This document shows, one piece after another, positions 9,496 through 20,040 of a DNA stretch of 64,000 nucleotides; the first letter of the stretch is position 1; every line of letters starts with the position of its first letter. The position numbers and the translations under genes are program-made. Origin of the DNA: Candidatus Bathyarchaeota archaeon (GTDB taxonomy: Archaea; Thermoproteota; Bathyarchaeia; TCS64); NCBI GenBank assembly GCA_963769425.1, contig CAVYLP010000001.1, positions 32,001 through 96,000 of the forward strand, written 5' to 3'. The notes beneath the pieces were generated by a model. That model was not told the origin of the DNA and did no database searches. It was given only the letters and a program-made list of their open reading frames with translations.

Positions 9496-10059
9496 TTGAG
9501 TCTCGAACTTGAACCGAAGATGATGGTGCGGGAGGCCATGTCGAGCCCCGTCTTCTCCATCAGCGAGGAGAGTGACATCACCGAGGTCGCCAAGTTGATG
9601 AAGGAGCACAAGCTCGGCGCCATCGTTGTGAACAACCTTGAGGGTCAGCCCGTCGGCATAGTCACCGAGAGGGACATAGTCCTCAGGGTGGTCGCCGACG
9701 GCATGTCCCTACACGGCGTGAAGGCGAATCAGGTGATGTCGAGCCCCCTCCGGGTCATCAAGGCGGAGACCCCGATAGTCGACGCGATGAGGATGATGGA
9801 TAAGCTCAACATACGCCGACTCGGCGTCACCTACAAGGGACAGCTAGTCGGCATAATAAGCCACAAGGACATCATCAGGATCATCCCCACGATAATGGAA
9901 ATCATGAGGGAGAACTCCAAGATCAACGGCGCGACAAACGGCTTCAGCCCCTCCACGGTGGGTTATTGCGACCGCTGTGAGACCTACTCGATGAACCTAC
10001 GCGCAGTAGACGGCGAGTTCCTCTGCGAGGACTGTCGGGTCGAGGAGAAGGAAGAATAA
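9496..10059 (+). CDS. CBS-domain pair protein with C-terminal Zn finger
   Basis: VREAMSSPV, GIVTERDI; GYCDRC...LCEDC. Confidence 0.9.
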   Translation: MSLELEPKMMVREAMSSPVFSISEESDITEVAKLMKEHKLGAIVVNNLEGQPVGIVTERDIVLRVVADGMSLHGVKANQVMSSPLRVIKAETPIVDAMRMMDKLNIRRLGVTYKGQLVGIISHKDIIRIIPTIMEIMRENSKINGATNGFSPSTVGYCDRCETYSMNLRAVDGEFLCEDCRVEEKEE

Positions 10060-10086
10060 ACGCCGGGGCACAATTCTAGCCTGGAC

Positions 10087-10551
10087 ATGAGGCCACGCTT
10101 CCTCCTAGATGGCATGCTCGGCAGCCTATCCCGGTGGCTCCGCATGGGTGGGTACGACACCGAGTACCTGAAGGATACTCCAGACGACGAATTGATAGAG
10201 GCCGCGAAGGGGGAGGACCGCATCCTGCTCACCCGGGACGAGGTACTAGTTCATAGGGCCTGTAAGCAGGGCGTCGAGACAATATACATCGAGAACGAGG
10301 GCGATGAGGAGGCGCTCCGCCAGCTCGCCACCCAGTTGGGGTTAGAGTACGACCCGACCCAGGCACGGTGCCCGAAGTGCAACAACACCGTCGATAAGGT
10401 TGGGAAGGAGGAGGTCGCCGACAGGGTCCCCGAGGGTACGTACAAGGTCGTCGACGATTATTGGGTATGCACTCACTGCGGTAGCATCTACTGGCGCGGT
10501 AGCCACTGGCCGAGGATAGTAGAGACCCTCAGCGACGCTGGGAAGAGATAG
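10087..10551 (+). CDS. Mut7-C RNase (PIN) domain protein
   Basis: FLLDGMLGSLSRWLRMGGYDT, RILLTRD, RCPKCN, CTHCG.IYWRGSHW. Confidence 0.92.
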   Translation: MRPRFLLDGMLGSLSRWLRMGGYDTEYLKDTPDDELIEAAKGEDRILLTRDEVLVHRACKQGVETIYIENEGDEEALRQLATQLGLEYDPTQARCPKCNNTVDKVGKEEVADRVPEGTYKVVDDYWVCTHCGSIYWRGSHWPRIVETLSDAGKR

Positions 10552-10607
10552 ACACCTCTCCGGCAGGCTTTAAAACGCGCTGGGCACCCGAATGATGGAA
10601 GAGATAG

Positions 10608-11228
10608 ATGACCTTCGACCTTACGCTGGAGGAAGGGACTTACCTCGTCAAGTTAGCGAGGAGGACGATTGAGGCCGCTTTCACGAAGGCTGAGGTCAGC
10701 CTCGAAGACGCCCCTCAGAAGACTAAGGAGGAGTGCGGAGTCTTCGTCACTCTCAACAAGCTAGTCGGCGGGGAGCCGCAGCTCAGGGGTTGCATAGGCT
10801 ACCCGTACCCGATCAAGCCCCTCGTAGAAGCTGTTAACGACGTGGCCTACGCGGCGGCCTTCGAGGACCCCAGATTCCCTCAGTTGAATAGAACAGAGCT
10901 GAGCGAGATAGTCGTCGAGGTCAGCGTCCTTACTCCTCCTGAGTCGATCGGGGTGAAGAAGCCAGAGGAGAGCCCCTCCGCCGTCAAGGTCGGGTGTGAC
11001 GGTCTGATTGTCAAGCGCGGTGGGCGGAGCGGCCTTCTACTGCCCCAGGTAGCGACCGAATGGTGCTGGGACTCCGAGGAGTTCCTATCACAGTGCTGCG
11101 TGAAGGCAGGGCTCTCACCCGACGCTTGGCTCGTACCGGGAACACAGGTCTCCAAGTTCCAGGCTATCATCTTCGTTGAGGAGTCCCCAGGCGGGGAAGT
11201 CAAGAGGCTCGAGATTAGGGGCGAGTGA
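10608..11228 (+). CDS. AMMECR1-domain protein
   Basis: GVFVTL, LRGCIG, AAFEDPRF, GLLLPQVA. Confidence 0.93.
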   Translation: MTFDLTLEEGTYLVKLARRTIEAAFTKAEVSLEDAPQKTKEECGVFVTLNKLVGGEPQLRGCIGYPYPIKPLVEAVNDVAYAAAFEDPRFPQLNRTELSEIVVEVSVLTPPESIGVKKPEESPSAVKVGCDGLIVKRGGRSGLLLPQVATEWCWDSEEFLSQCCVKAGLSPDAWLVPGTQVSKFQAIIFVEESPGGEVKRLEIRGE

Positions 11229-11235
11229 GGGCTCC

Positions 11236-12432
11236 TTGGGGGACTTCAGGGGTGCGCGAGTCTACTTCACCCCGAACGGCATAGGGCTCGGCCACGTCAG
11301 TCGGAATATGCCCATCGCCAATGAGCTGCGGAGACAAGGCGCCGACGTGCTCTTCTCCACATACCTAGAGGGCGTGGACTACGCGAAGAGGCAGGGCTTC
11401 CGCGTAGTCTCCGTGCCGCCCATCTCGATGGCAAACGACTCCTCGGGCAGTATCGACCTCAGGATGTCCAGCGTGAAGCAGGGTGTAAAGGCCCTCCCCA
11501 CCTTCATGAGGCAGGTCAACCGGGAAATCAAACACATCAAGGCATACCGACCGGACGTCGTCGTCTCCGACTCCCGCCTCTCCTCCATCTTCGCGGCGCG
11601 GATGCTCCGAGTCCCCATCCTCCTCATACTCAACCAATTCACCCCCCTCTTCCCCCGGCAGAGAGACATGTTCATGCTCGCGAAGGTCGCAGACGGCGTC
11701 ATAATGACACTCATCGGCAGGGGGTGGGGGTACGCCGACAAGATACTCATACCCGACTTTCCCGCTCCATACACTCTAAGCATCGACTGCTTAAGGATAC
11801 CCGGCCCCTACCAGAGCAAAGTGGAGCTGATTGGTGCCATTCTCCCAAAGATGCCGAGGGATGCGAGGAACAGGGACGAAGTCAGGACGAAGCTGGGCGT
11901 CGGACCGGACCAGAAGCTCATCTACGCTGGAATAAGCGGCCCACGCGCCGAGAGGCTACCTCTGCTCAAGGTGCTCGCCCCTATCTTCGAGTCGTACCCC
12001 GACGAATTCAGGGTCGTTATGTCGATGGGAAACCCAAATGGCACATCGAAGCCCGTCAGAATGGGTTCACTCATAGAAGTGGATTGGGTAAGTGACCGAT
12101 TCGACGTGCTAAACGCATGCGACCTCGTCATCTCCCGGGGTGGACACGAGACGATGATGCAGAGCATCTGCTACGATAAGCCCTCGATAATAATCCCTGT
12201 CCCAAAGCATCCAGAACAGTACGGCAACGCGAGGCGGGCCCAGGAGCTGGGCGTCGCCCACGCCGTTCACCAGAGGAATATAGAGAGGGACGGGCTCCTC
12301 CTCCTTACGGAGGAGATGCTCGGCAACGACTCATTCGGCAGGCGCCTTGCAGAGCTTAACCGCAAGGGGATCGGTGGCGGTGTCGAGAAGAGTCTCACTG
12401 CTCTCTCGGGGATCATGCGCGGTCGACCGTAA
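11236..12432 (+). CDS. GT-B glycosyltransferase (MurG/MJ1255-like)
   Basis: GIGLGHVSR, PDVVVSD, DLVISRGGHET, EQYGNA; TTG start inferred. Confidence 0.85.
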   Translation: MGDFRGARVYFTPNGIGLGHVSRNMPIANELRRQGADVLFSTYLEGVDYAKRQGFRVVSVPPISMANDSSGSIDLRMSSVKQGVKALPTFMRQVNREIKHIKAYRPDVVVSDSRLSSIFAARMLRVPILLILNQFTPLFPRQRDMFMLAKVADGVIMTLIGRGWGYADKILIPDFPAPYTLSIDCLRIPGPYQSKVELIGAILPKMPRDARNRDEVRTKLGVGPDQKLIYAGISGPRAERLPLLKVLAPIFESYPDEFRVVMSMGNPNGTSKPVRMGSLIEVDWVSDRFDVLNACDLVISRGGHETMMQSICYDKPSIIIPVPKHPEQYGNARRAQELGVAHAVHQRNIERDGLLLLTEEMLGNDSFGRRLAELNRKGIGGGVEKSLTALSGIMRGRP

Positions 12433-12465
12433 GGCTTGAATACGGTCACACCGAGACCGTAGGCT

Positions 12466-12810
12466 ATGGCATACTACTACGCCAAGAAGAGAAACAGGGA
12501 AGTAACGAAGTACTGGAACCAGAATGTCCTCAAGGCCTTCAACGAGTTCGACGAGAAGGTCTTCGAGCCGGGCAAGCTCGACGTGAAGACGAAGGAGCTC
12601 TGCGCGGTCGCGGCCACCTACATCACTAGGTGCCCGTACTGCATCGAGGCCCACGCTAAGAGGGCGATCGCCGCAGGCGCGACGAAGGAGGAGCTCGCCG
12701 AGGTCATCGCCGTCGCCGCGGCGCTAAACGCGGGCGCAAGCATGGCCCACATGAACTTCGCCCTCGAGGCCGGGGACGACGAGAGCAAGTATTTGAAGGA
12801 CGACGAGTAA
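12466..12810 (+). CDS. Carboxymuconolactone decarboxylase/AhpD family protein
   Basis: LDVKTKEL...CPYCIEAH...GATKEEL. Confidence 0.9.
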   Translation: MAYYYAKKRNREVTKYWNQNVLKAFNEFDEKVFEPGKLDVKTKELCAVAATYITRCPYCIEAHAKRAIAAGATKEELAEVIAVAAALNAGASMAHMNFALEAGDDESKYLKDDE

Positions 12811-12812
12811 GC

Positions 12813-15677
12813 CTACTTCTTTTTATCGTCCCAGTACTGCCGCGTGCGCATGTACTGGATTTTTGCCTTAAGCAGGTCCGAGTAGAACTCCTTGTCGGTG
12901 GGGTGCATCCTGCTGAGGACCTGGTAGGCGGTCACCGGGCCAACGCCGTGGACGGCGAGGGCCTCCAGCGCCTTGTGCCCGTAGCTGAGAACCATGTCGG
13001 CGGTCTTTCGCCCATTCGTGACGGTGTCCATCTCCTCGGGGAGTAGCTGCTCCCCCACCTTCATGCGGTTGAGCAGGGACTGGAAGTGGGCCGGGTCCTC
13101 GTATCGCCGTAAGACCGCGAGTAGGCCGGAGCCACATTTAGGACATGTTGGTCGCTCGGGGAGGTCCCTTATCCTCGCCTCCTTGTGCCAATCATTGCAG
13201 TTCATGCAGCTCAGCTTCACTTCGCGGGAGAGGACGCTCTTCTGCATGTACTCGAGTTGGTCGGGGACGGCGATACTCGAGTCCATTAGCTCCTCGAGGT
13301 CGGCGTACGCCTCGAGAATGTGGCGGGCGAGTGGGCTCGGCTCCCTCGCCGAGACGTAGCTCAGCTTAACAGCGCCAGAGGATATTCGGGTGGCTATCTC
13401 CTTCACGGACCCCAAGTCGAGTTTCTCGCGGTAGACCTCGCGCAGGGACTCCTTGTAGATAGGGCTGTTCCGGTACCTGCGGTAAAGCCGATTGAGCTCC
13501 GCCGCTCCCATCGTCTTCCCGCGTGGGATGGCGCCGAAGCGCTCCGCGATGAACTTCATGTTGTAGGCGTAGGGGAAACGCGCCTCCATGTACTCAGTGA
13601 GCCTCTTCTCCGCCTCCTCGGGGGTCAGGCTCTTCAGGACGTTCAGGATGTCGTCGACATCGTACTTGGTCGCCTTCTGGGGCGTCTCGATGAGGATGCG
13701 GTAGGCATCGCTCCACCAGCCTAGAATGAGGTCGCGCTCGCTGAGTGCGGCGTCGAGGACGCAGCCGAGTGTGGTGTTGACCTTGCTCCCGTAGGCGGTG
13801 TGGATGACTATGTAGCGCTCATAGGCCTCGAGGAGGATGAGGTCCTTAGTTGGGATTGGGAAGCCGTGCTTTAGCTGGTCGTCGACCTCCTTCGCCGCCA
13901 CGCCTATAGTGGCGAGTGGGACCTTGAGTTCCTTTGATAACTCCTCGACTGTCGCGTCGAGGCCCTTCGCCTTGATGCTCTCGGCTATCCTCTCCCTGAT
14001 GTCACCCACTTCTTCGGCGATGTCCTTGGTGACACCGATGAGTTCGCCGTCCCATCCGGGGAGGGCGCCGAGGGGGTCGTCGCTGGGGAGGACGAAGAGG
14101 CGTCCCTCGTCCTCGTCGATCTGGAGAATCTTCCAGACTTTGCCCTTGAGGATGACGTTGAGGCCGACGCGTGCGCGGAGGGTCCAAAACTCGTCGCCAA
14201 CCGTGCCGATGACCTTGTCGGTGACGACGTTGATGAAGGGGTAGCGTCTTTCGTCGTTGATCATACCGAGGTTCTCGAAGTAGTATCTCTGACCCTTCTT
14301 CGTCTTCTCCAGCTTATCTCCTCTCCTGTTCACTATCCTGATGGCGTTTAGGAAGTCTACGACCTCGTCGAAGTCGCCGTGACTCAGTGTCTTAAAGCAG
14401 CTCGCGCCACCCGTGATAAGGGAAAAAATTTTTTCCAGGCCTACTTCGCCATAGTCGAGTGTCATTCCGGTTATCTGGTGGGCGAGCACGTCGAGTGGGT
14501 TGACGTGTGGCATTGTAGGCTCTATCTCGTTCACCTTCGCCTTCCGAGCCGTCACCATCGACTCAAGCGCGTCCTCCCCGTAGGCGGTGATGAGGATTCC
14601 CCGAGATAGTTTGCTGAGCCTGTGGCCAGCCCGTCCCACGCGCTGTATGAGTGTTGAGACCTGGCGGGGGCTGTTGTACTGGATGGTGAGGTCGACGTTG
14701 CCCACGTCGATGCCGAGCTGGAGTGTGGAGGTGGCTACTATCGCCTTCAGCTCCCCCGCCTTGAACTTGTCCTCGACTATGTGGCGCTGCTCCCTGCTCA
14801 GGCTACCGTGGTGGACCTCGATCCCCGGGTCGAGCTTCCCCAGCTTGTGGCCGAGGCTCTCCGCCTGCCCCCTGCCCTGTACGAAGATGAGTGTCGAGTT
14901 GTGTGCCTTGACGAGGTCCCTTATGGCGCGTAGTCTGGAGGCGGCGACTGGCGTCGTGTTCAGGTCGCTGCCGATGTCGAAGTCCTCGTCCCGTGGCTCC
15001 GGGAACTCTACGTCGTACACGTAGTCCTTGTCGACGGTGACCTCGACGATCTTGATGAGGTGTGGGCCGGCGAGGAAGGCGGCGATAGTCTCCGGGTTGC
15101 CGACGGTGGCGGAGAGACCGATCCTCTGCGGGGGCCTCGCAGCGACCTCATCGAGGCGCGCCAGCCCCACTGTGAGTTGCGCCCCCCTCTTCGAGGCGGC
15201 GAGGTCGTGTATCTCGTCGATTATCACCCATTTGACGGAGGCGAGGTGCCTCCTCATGTCCTTCGTGGGGAGGATGGCCTGGAGCGTCTCGGGGGTGGTG
15301 ATGAGCATCTGCGGCGGCTTCCTTAGCTGGCTCCGCCTCTGCTTCTGCGTCGTGTCGCTGTGGCGCACCTGCACGTCGATGCCGAGGTGCTCCGCCCAAA
15401 CCATCATGCGCTTGTCGATGTCCCTGTTCAGCGCCCTGAGGGGGGTTATGTAGATGATGTTGATCCCAGTCTTGTCCCCCTCGCGCAGATAGGCGTCGAA
15501 GACGGGGAGTATCGCGGCCTCAGTCTTACCGCTCGCCGTCGGGGCGATGAGCAGGACGTTTTCCCCCGCCAAGATCGGTGGGATCACCCTCTCCTGCGGA
15601 GGCGTCGGCTTCACCATACCAAACTCGGATAGCGCCTCCTGCAGCCGGGGGTGAAGCAGATCGAAGACCGATGGCAC
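12813..15677 (-). CDS. lhr: Lhr-family DEAD/DEAH helicase with C-terminal Zn ribbon
   Basis: APTASGKT, TPLRALN, DEIH, SAT, HHGSLS, QRVGRAGH; CMNC...CPKC. Confidence 0.9.
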   Translation of the reverse strand: MPSVFDLLHPRLQEALSEFGMVKPTPPQERVIPPILAGENVLLIAPTASGKTEAAILPVFDAYLREGDKTGINIIYITPLRALNRDIDKRMMVWAEHLGIDVQVRHSDTTQKQRRSQLRKPPQMLITTPETLQAILPTKDMRRHLASVKWVIIDEIHDLAASKRGAQLTVGLARLDEVAARPPQRIGLSATVGNPETIAAFLAGPHLIKIVEVTVDKDYVYDVEFPEPRDEDFDIGSDLNTTPVAASRLRAIRDLVKAHNSTLIFVQGRGQAESLGHKLGKLDPGIEVHHGSLSREQRHIVEDKFKAGELKAIVATSTLQLGIDVGNVDLTIQYNSPRQVSTLIQRVGRAGHRLSKLSRGILITAYGEDALESMVTARKAKVNEIEPTMPHVNPLDVLAHQITGMTLDYGEVGLEKIFSLITGGASCFKTLSHGDFDEVVDFLNAIRIVNRRGDKLEKTKKGQRYYFENLGMINDERRYPFINVVTDKVIGTVGDEFWTLRARVGLNVILKGKVWKILQIDEDEGRLFVLPSDDPLGALPGWDGELIGVTKDIAEEVGDIRERIAESIKAKGLDATVEELSKELKVPLATIGVAAKEVDDQLKHGFPIPTKDLILLEAYERYIVIHTAYGSKVNTTLGCVLDAALSERDLILGWWSDAYRILIETPQKATKYDVDDILNVLKSLTPEEAEKRLTEYMEARFPYAYNMKFIAERFGAIPRGKTMGAAELNRLYRRYRNSPIYKESLREVYREKLDLGSVKEIATRISSGAVKLSYVSAREPSPLARHILEAYADLEELMDSSIAVPDQLEYMQKSVLSREVKLSCMNCNDWHKEARIRDLPERPTCPKCGSGLLAVLRRYEDPAHFQSLLNRMKVGEQLLPEEMDTVTNGRKTADMVLSYGHKALEALAVHGVGPVTAYQVLSRMHPTDKEFYSDLLKAKIQYMRTRQYWDDKKK

Positions 15678-15737
15678 GATAAAACGTGCACGAGACTAGA
15701 ATAAAACGGGTTTCACCAATGGAATGAACTATATCTC

Positions 15738-16517
15738 TTAGGTCTGGTCAGCGTACTTGATCCACGTGTACGTTCCGATCGCCCCGCCCAAACAGGTGAG
15801 GAGGACGATGAGGTAGCTGACGGCACCTAGCGGGTCTCCCCCCGTGTTGGCCTTGATGAAGAGCGCCGGGACAGCGTACGGGAAATACATACCGTACCCG
15901 ATCACCTCTGATACCTGTGCCAACGCCAGCGCCAAGAACATGAAGCCCACAGATGGGAGATATCCGCGCCCAACGAAGGCGACGAGAGCAATTGGGGTGA
16001 TCAACAGGATATTCATGACCCCGACGACGAGAATCGTTGACATACCACTAAGAATGACCTCCGAGGATAGACCGGGTAACACCACCGCGTAGCCCAGAAA
16101 TACGCCGAGCACGGAAACTAGGGCTATCATCAGCAGGGACCATAGAGCGAAGACCGAATACTTCGCGGCTATGAATGCCGAGCGGGATGTAGGAAGCGCG
16201 AGCAGATCCTTCATGGTATGATCTGAATGCTCCCTACCGAAGACCCAGCCACCCATCAAGGCGCTTATGATTATTAGTCCCATGACGCCCTGGGAAAGCA
16301 TCCCGAGATACGTCGACCAGTCAACCGCACCCACCAGTATCTGCGCTTTGACGCCGATGATGCCGAGGCGACGCGCCCCCTCGGGGTCCTTCATGATCAC
16401 CATGAAAAACGCCATTGCCAGTGGAAGCAGGGCATAACCTAGGGAAATGAAGAGGGGAACCCTCGATCTCCTGACCTTCAATAACTCCGCCCAGAGGGCT
16501 GCCACGAAACCCTTCAT
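15738..16517 (-). CDS. ABC-2 permease (bacitracin BcrB-like)
   Basis: AELLK.RRS, FGREH.D.T.K.LL.LP; about 6 TM. Confidence 0.82.
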   Translation of the reverse strand: MKGFVAALWAELLKVRRSRVPLFISLGYALLPLAMAFFMVIMKDPEGARRLGIIGVKAQILVGAVDWSTYLGMLSQGVMGLIIISALMGGWVFGREHSDHTMKDLLALPTSRSAFIAAKYSVFALWSLLMIALVSVLGVFLGYAVVLPGLSSEVILSGMSTILVVGVMNILLITPIALVAFVGRGYLPSVGFMFLALALAQVSEVIGYGMYFPYAVPALFIKANTGGDPLGAVSYLIVLLTCLGGAIGTYTWIKYADQT

Positions 16518-17425
16518 GGCGTCACGCCTCCCTCAACGAGCTGGAGGAAGTGCGCCTCCAAGTCTAACTGTTCGACCCTGAGCGACATGGGGGGATATCC
16601 CGCTTCTACGAGCAGCGAAGCGATCTGGTCCGGGTTGTCCACGGCGTCCTGACCGTGTACCGTGATCTCGCCGTTGAGTGATGCGTCAAGCCCTGTGGAC
16701 TCGAGATACCTGAGGGCCGCCGCGTTGTCGCGGGTCTGAATAACAAGCGTCTTCCTGGCGCGCCTCTCCAGATCGGAAGCGTCTATCTCCTCAAGCAGCC
16801 GCCCACCATGTATTATCCCTATACGCGTCGCGAGGCGATTCACCTCGCCTAGTATATGCGACGACATGAAGACGGTCGTCCCCGCCTTCACCAACCCGAG
16901 GAGCATCTCCCGCACCTCCACTATTCCCGCCGGGTCCAACCCGTTCGAGGGCTCATCTAGGATCAGAAGCTCCGGTTCGTTGATGAGCGCCTTCGCCAAC
17001 CCCAGGCGCTGAATGTTACCTGTAGAGAGTGCTTGGGCGCGTCGATCCGTGAACTCTGTCAGGCCCAACTTTTCTATCACTGAATCTACGGCTTTGTGAT
17101 CATGTATCAGGTGGAGTCGGCGTGCGACATCCAGATTCTCCCGCACGGTCAGCTCGGGGTAGGTGGATGGCCGCTCGACGAGGTAGCCGACGCGCGACCA
17201 GAGCGCATTGGAGCTTGGGGACACACGTTCACCGAAGATGCTCACCGATCCCGATGTGGGGTTGATCATCCCGAGAAGCATCCGGATCGTCGTCGTTTTC
17301 CCGGCGCCGTTCAACCCGAGGAAACCGTATATTTCCCCCTTGTTTAGCGTGATCGACAGCCGATCCACCGCCGTCACTTTTCCGAACCGTTTCGTCAGGT
17401 TACTTGTTTTTATCACTTCAGACAT
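16514..17425 (-). CDS. ABC transporter ATP-binding protein (BcrA-like)
   Basis: GLNGAGKTT, LSTG signature, ILDEP, SSH. Confidence 0.9.
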   Translation of the reverse strand: MSEVIKTSNLTKRFGKVTAVDRLSITLNKGEIYGFLGLNGAGKTTTIRMLLGMINPTSGSVSIFGERVSPSSNALWSRVGYLVERPSTYPELTVRENLDVARRLHLIHDHKAVDSVIEKLGLTEFTDRRAQALSTGNIQRLGLAKALINEPELLILDEPSNGLDPAGIVEVREMLLGLVKAGTTVFMSSHILGEVNRLATRIGIIHGGRLLEEIDASDLERRARKTLVIQTRDNAAALRYLESTGLDASLNGEITVHGQDAVDNPDQIASLLVEAGYPPMSLRVEQLDLEAHFLQLVEGGVTP

Positions 17426-17524
17426 TAGGAACTCCAACTAACCATGAGTATATTATGTTATACTATCGGTCATTTTAATATACTTACCGTTTTGTATTTA
17501 TACCCCAAAATAGAATAATATATC

Positions 17525-18106
17525 ATGCCGAAGGTCGTCCCCGAGTACAAAGAAGTGGCCCGGACAAGGATTATCCAGGCGGCCACCAAAATATTCACCG
17601 AAAAAGGTTACCAGAACGCCAGCATGGACGACATCGCCAAGGAGATAGGCGTCACGAAAGCCACGCTCTATTCATACTTCGACAGCAAGAAGGACATCTA
17701 CAACATCATCGCAATATCAGCAAACCAGAGAATGCGTGATACCCTGCAAACATCGCTCAACAACCACGACTACGTGGCAGCTCTCGGGGGGATAGTCAAC
17801 TGGAAGATAGACCTCCTGAAGGAGTTCATACACGCCAGCATCGACATAGTGAAGCTCTCACCGAACGACGAGGAGGTTACAAAGATACTAAGGGACGAGC
17901 GGGAGAAAGACTTGAAGGCGCTTCAGGACTTCTTCCAAGGCCAGATAGATAACAAGACTATACGCAGCGACGTGGACGCGTACACGTTAGCGAATATAGT
18001 CCTCGCGCTCTACTGGGAGATGATAACCCAGCTCTACGCCGGGTTTGACAGGGAGAAGGTTCAGGAGACGTGGAGCAGGAGCATGACGGCGATAATCGGT
18101 GCGTAA
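17525..18106 (+). CDS. TetR/AcrR family regulator, divergent from the ABC operon
   Basis: IIQAA..IF.EKGY..ASMDDIAKEIGVTKATLYSYF. Confidence 0.92.
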   Translation: MPKVVPEYKEVARTRIIQAATKIFTEKGYQNASMDDIAKEIGVTKATLYSYFDSKKDIYNIIAISANQRMRDTLQTSLNNHDYVAALGGIVNWKIDLLKEFIHASIDIVKLSPNDEEVTKILRDEREKDLKALQDFFQGQIDNKTIRSDVDAYTLANIVLALYWEMITQLYAGFDREKVQETWSRSMTAIIGA

Positions 18107-18153
18107 CAGCCGTCTGCTTTCTACCAGATTATTTATGAAGGATAGTGGAGAGG

Positions 18154-20040
18154 CTACCGGTACTTCGCTATCGACTTCTCGAGGAAGCCGAGATCCAGCC
18201 GGTCGAGGGTCTCCTTCTTCGGGATGCCCCTCTCGTCCCAGCCGAGGGTGTCGAAGTATGTCTTCATCCGGATGTCCACCCTCTCCTTGTCGGTTGTCTT
18301 CCCCTTGAAGGGACCCGATGGGAGGGGCTCGTAGTACCTAGGCGGGTTCACGTCGTCCTTGATGGGCTCCCAGGTGAGGTCGGGTCCGCCCATGAGGAGG
18401 AACGCCTTCTGCAGGGTGGTTATCCTCGGGCCGTTTACCTTCCTCCAACCGGTGACCGTGATGGGGAAGCCGGTTACGGCCTTCGCGAAGTCGAACTGCA
18501 GGGCGAGGTTGGGACCCCGGGCCGTGAAGCTGCAGTAGACGGCGCAGTCGAAGTAGAGGTTGCCAGTCATGTCGTTGTAGCCGTCGGTCACGTTGGCCGT
18601 GTGGTCGCCCCCCTGGACGCTCGCGGCGTATGTCATGTCGTGTGTGTAGTCCGCGTCGCTCCGGGTGCCGTGAGCGCCTATCTCGATGCCCTTGACGTGG
18701 ACTACGTACTTGAGGACATCATCCTTCGGCAGCCCCTTCATCTCCGCGATCTTTATCGCGGCGCGGTAGCTGCCCTCGGCGAGGATGTCTCCGATGCCCT
18801 GCCTGTACGCCATCATGCGCGTCAGCTTGTCGAAGGCCTCAACGTCGCCCCACTCGAGCTTGAAGCCTATGTCCTCCTCCGTGAGGATACCGCGCTGGTA
18901 GAGCTCCGCAGCGAACCCCACGGTGTTCGCACCGTTGATGCCGCTGTGCCCCAGCTTGTCCATCAGCGTGCTCAGGTGGATGTTGTCGCCGGCGTCGTAG
19001 ATTCCGAAGTTCGTGCCGCAGTAGGCCTGCAGCTCGTAATCGGGGACGTCGGTTATATCTCCCTTCCATCTACCAGACTTTATACAGCTGACCTTCATGC
19101 AGTTCGTCGTGCAGTTGAAGTCTGCCCACTTGACCTTGACCCAGTAGCGGTCCATGTAGCGGTTTACGCCGAGCTCCTTGTCGTCGTGCCACTCCTCCTG
19201 CCAGTTCCTGATAGGCTCGCTACTCGTGCCCGCTCCGGCGCCGTAGCCCATGGCACCCGTGCCCCACCTGCGCATCGGGGACACGGCTATGAGGTCGGCG
19301 TGCACCTTTCTCCAGAGCACCTTCACGGTCTCCGGGGCGTCGACTGTGGGGAACTTGCCCCTGCTCTTTACGACGATGGCCTTGAGGTTCTTGCTCCCCA
19401 TGAGGGCGCCGTAGCCGCCGTATCCGCAGGCGTGACAGATCTTCGTGCAGACCGCCGAGTTGCGCACCATGTTCTCCCCCGCGGGGCCTATGTACATCGA
19501 GGCGGGCTCCTTCCAGAGGCCGACGCGGGGCATCTTCTTCGCGAGCGTGTCCCGAACCTCCTTGTTGAGCTCGATTACCGTCTCTTCGGAGTCCAAGCCC
19601 CAGAGGTGCTTTGCGTCAACGAGCTCGATGGATTCGTCAGTAATTAGGAGGTAGACAGGCGTCTCAGACTTGCCGGTGAAGATTATCCCGTCGTAGCCCG
19701 CGTCCTTAAGCTCTACAGCAGTCTCCGTAGCCGCGGTGCTACCAATTACGCTGTTGTTGGCGGGGCTCTTGCCGCTCACGCAGATGCGTGCGCCGGGGTA
19801 GATGCCCGTCATGGGGCCGGTCGCCACTATGAAGGGGTTCTCTGGGGCGAGAGAGTCAAGCTCGCTCCAGTGCTCACCTACCCTATCCCATAGGATCTTG
19901 GCCGCCATCCCCCTGCCGCCGAGGTACTGCTCAAGCATGCCACGTGGGAACGTGATCTTCTCGAAGCTGCCCTTGGTAAGGTCTACGTCGAGCCACTTGC
20001 CGGCGTATCCGCCGGGGATGTTGTCGCTGTTTCCGCTCAT
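18154..20040 (-). CDS. aor: Tungsten-dependent aldehyde ferredoxin oxidoreductase family protein
   Basis: YLGGRG, GPAGEN, GALMGSKNLKAI, PDYE, ILAEG, GWDERGIP; ATG at 20040 with GGAGGT SD. Confidence 0.88.
   Translation of the reverse strand: MSGNSDNIPGGYAGKWLDVDLTKGSFEKITFPRGMLEQYLGGRGMAAKILWDRVGEHWSELDSLAPENPFIVATGPMTGIYPGARICVSGKSPANNSVIGSTAATETAVELKDAGYDGIIFTGKSETPVYLLITDESIELVDAKHLWGLDSEETVIELNKEVRDTLAKKMPRVGLWKEPASMYIGPAGENMVRNSAVCTKICHACGYGGYGALMGSKNLKAIVVKSRGKFPTVDAPETVKVLWRKVHADLIAVSPMRRWGTGAMGYGAGAGTSSEPIRNWQEEWHDDKELGVNRYMDRYWVKVKWADFNCTTNCMKVSCIKSGRWKGDITDVPDYELQAYCGTNFGIYDAGDNIHLSTLMDKLGHSGINGANTVGFAAELYQRGILTEEDIGFKLEWGDVEAFDKLTRMMAYRQGIGDILAEGSYRAAIKIAEMKGLPKDDVLKYVVHVKGIEIGAHGTRSDADYTHDMTYAASVQGGDHTANVTDGYNDMTGNLYFDCAVYCSFTARGPNLALQFDFAKAVTGFPITVTGWRKVNGPRITTLQKAFLLMGGPDLTWEPIKDDVNPPRYYEPLPSGPFKGKTTDKERVDIRMKTYFDTLGWDERGIPKKETLDRLDLGFLEKSIAKYR

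Noticed and set aside
18145-19647. 500-aa plus-strand ORF and the many other antisense ORFs
   Set aside because: Shadow frames of GC3-rich genes with no recognisable motifs.
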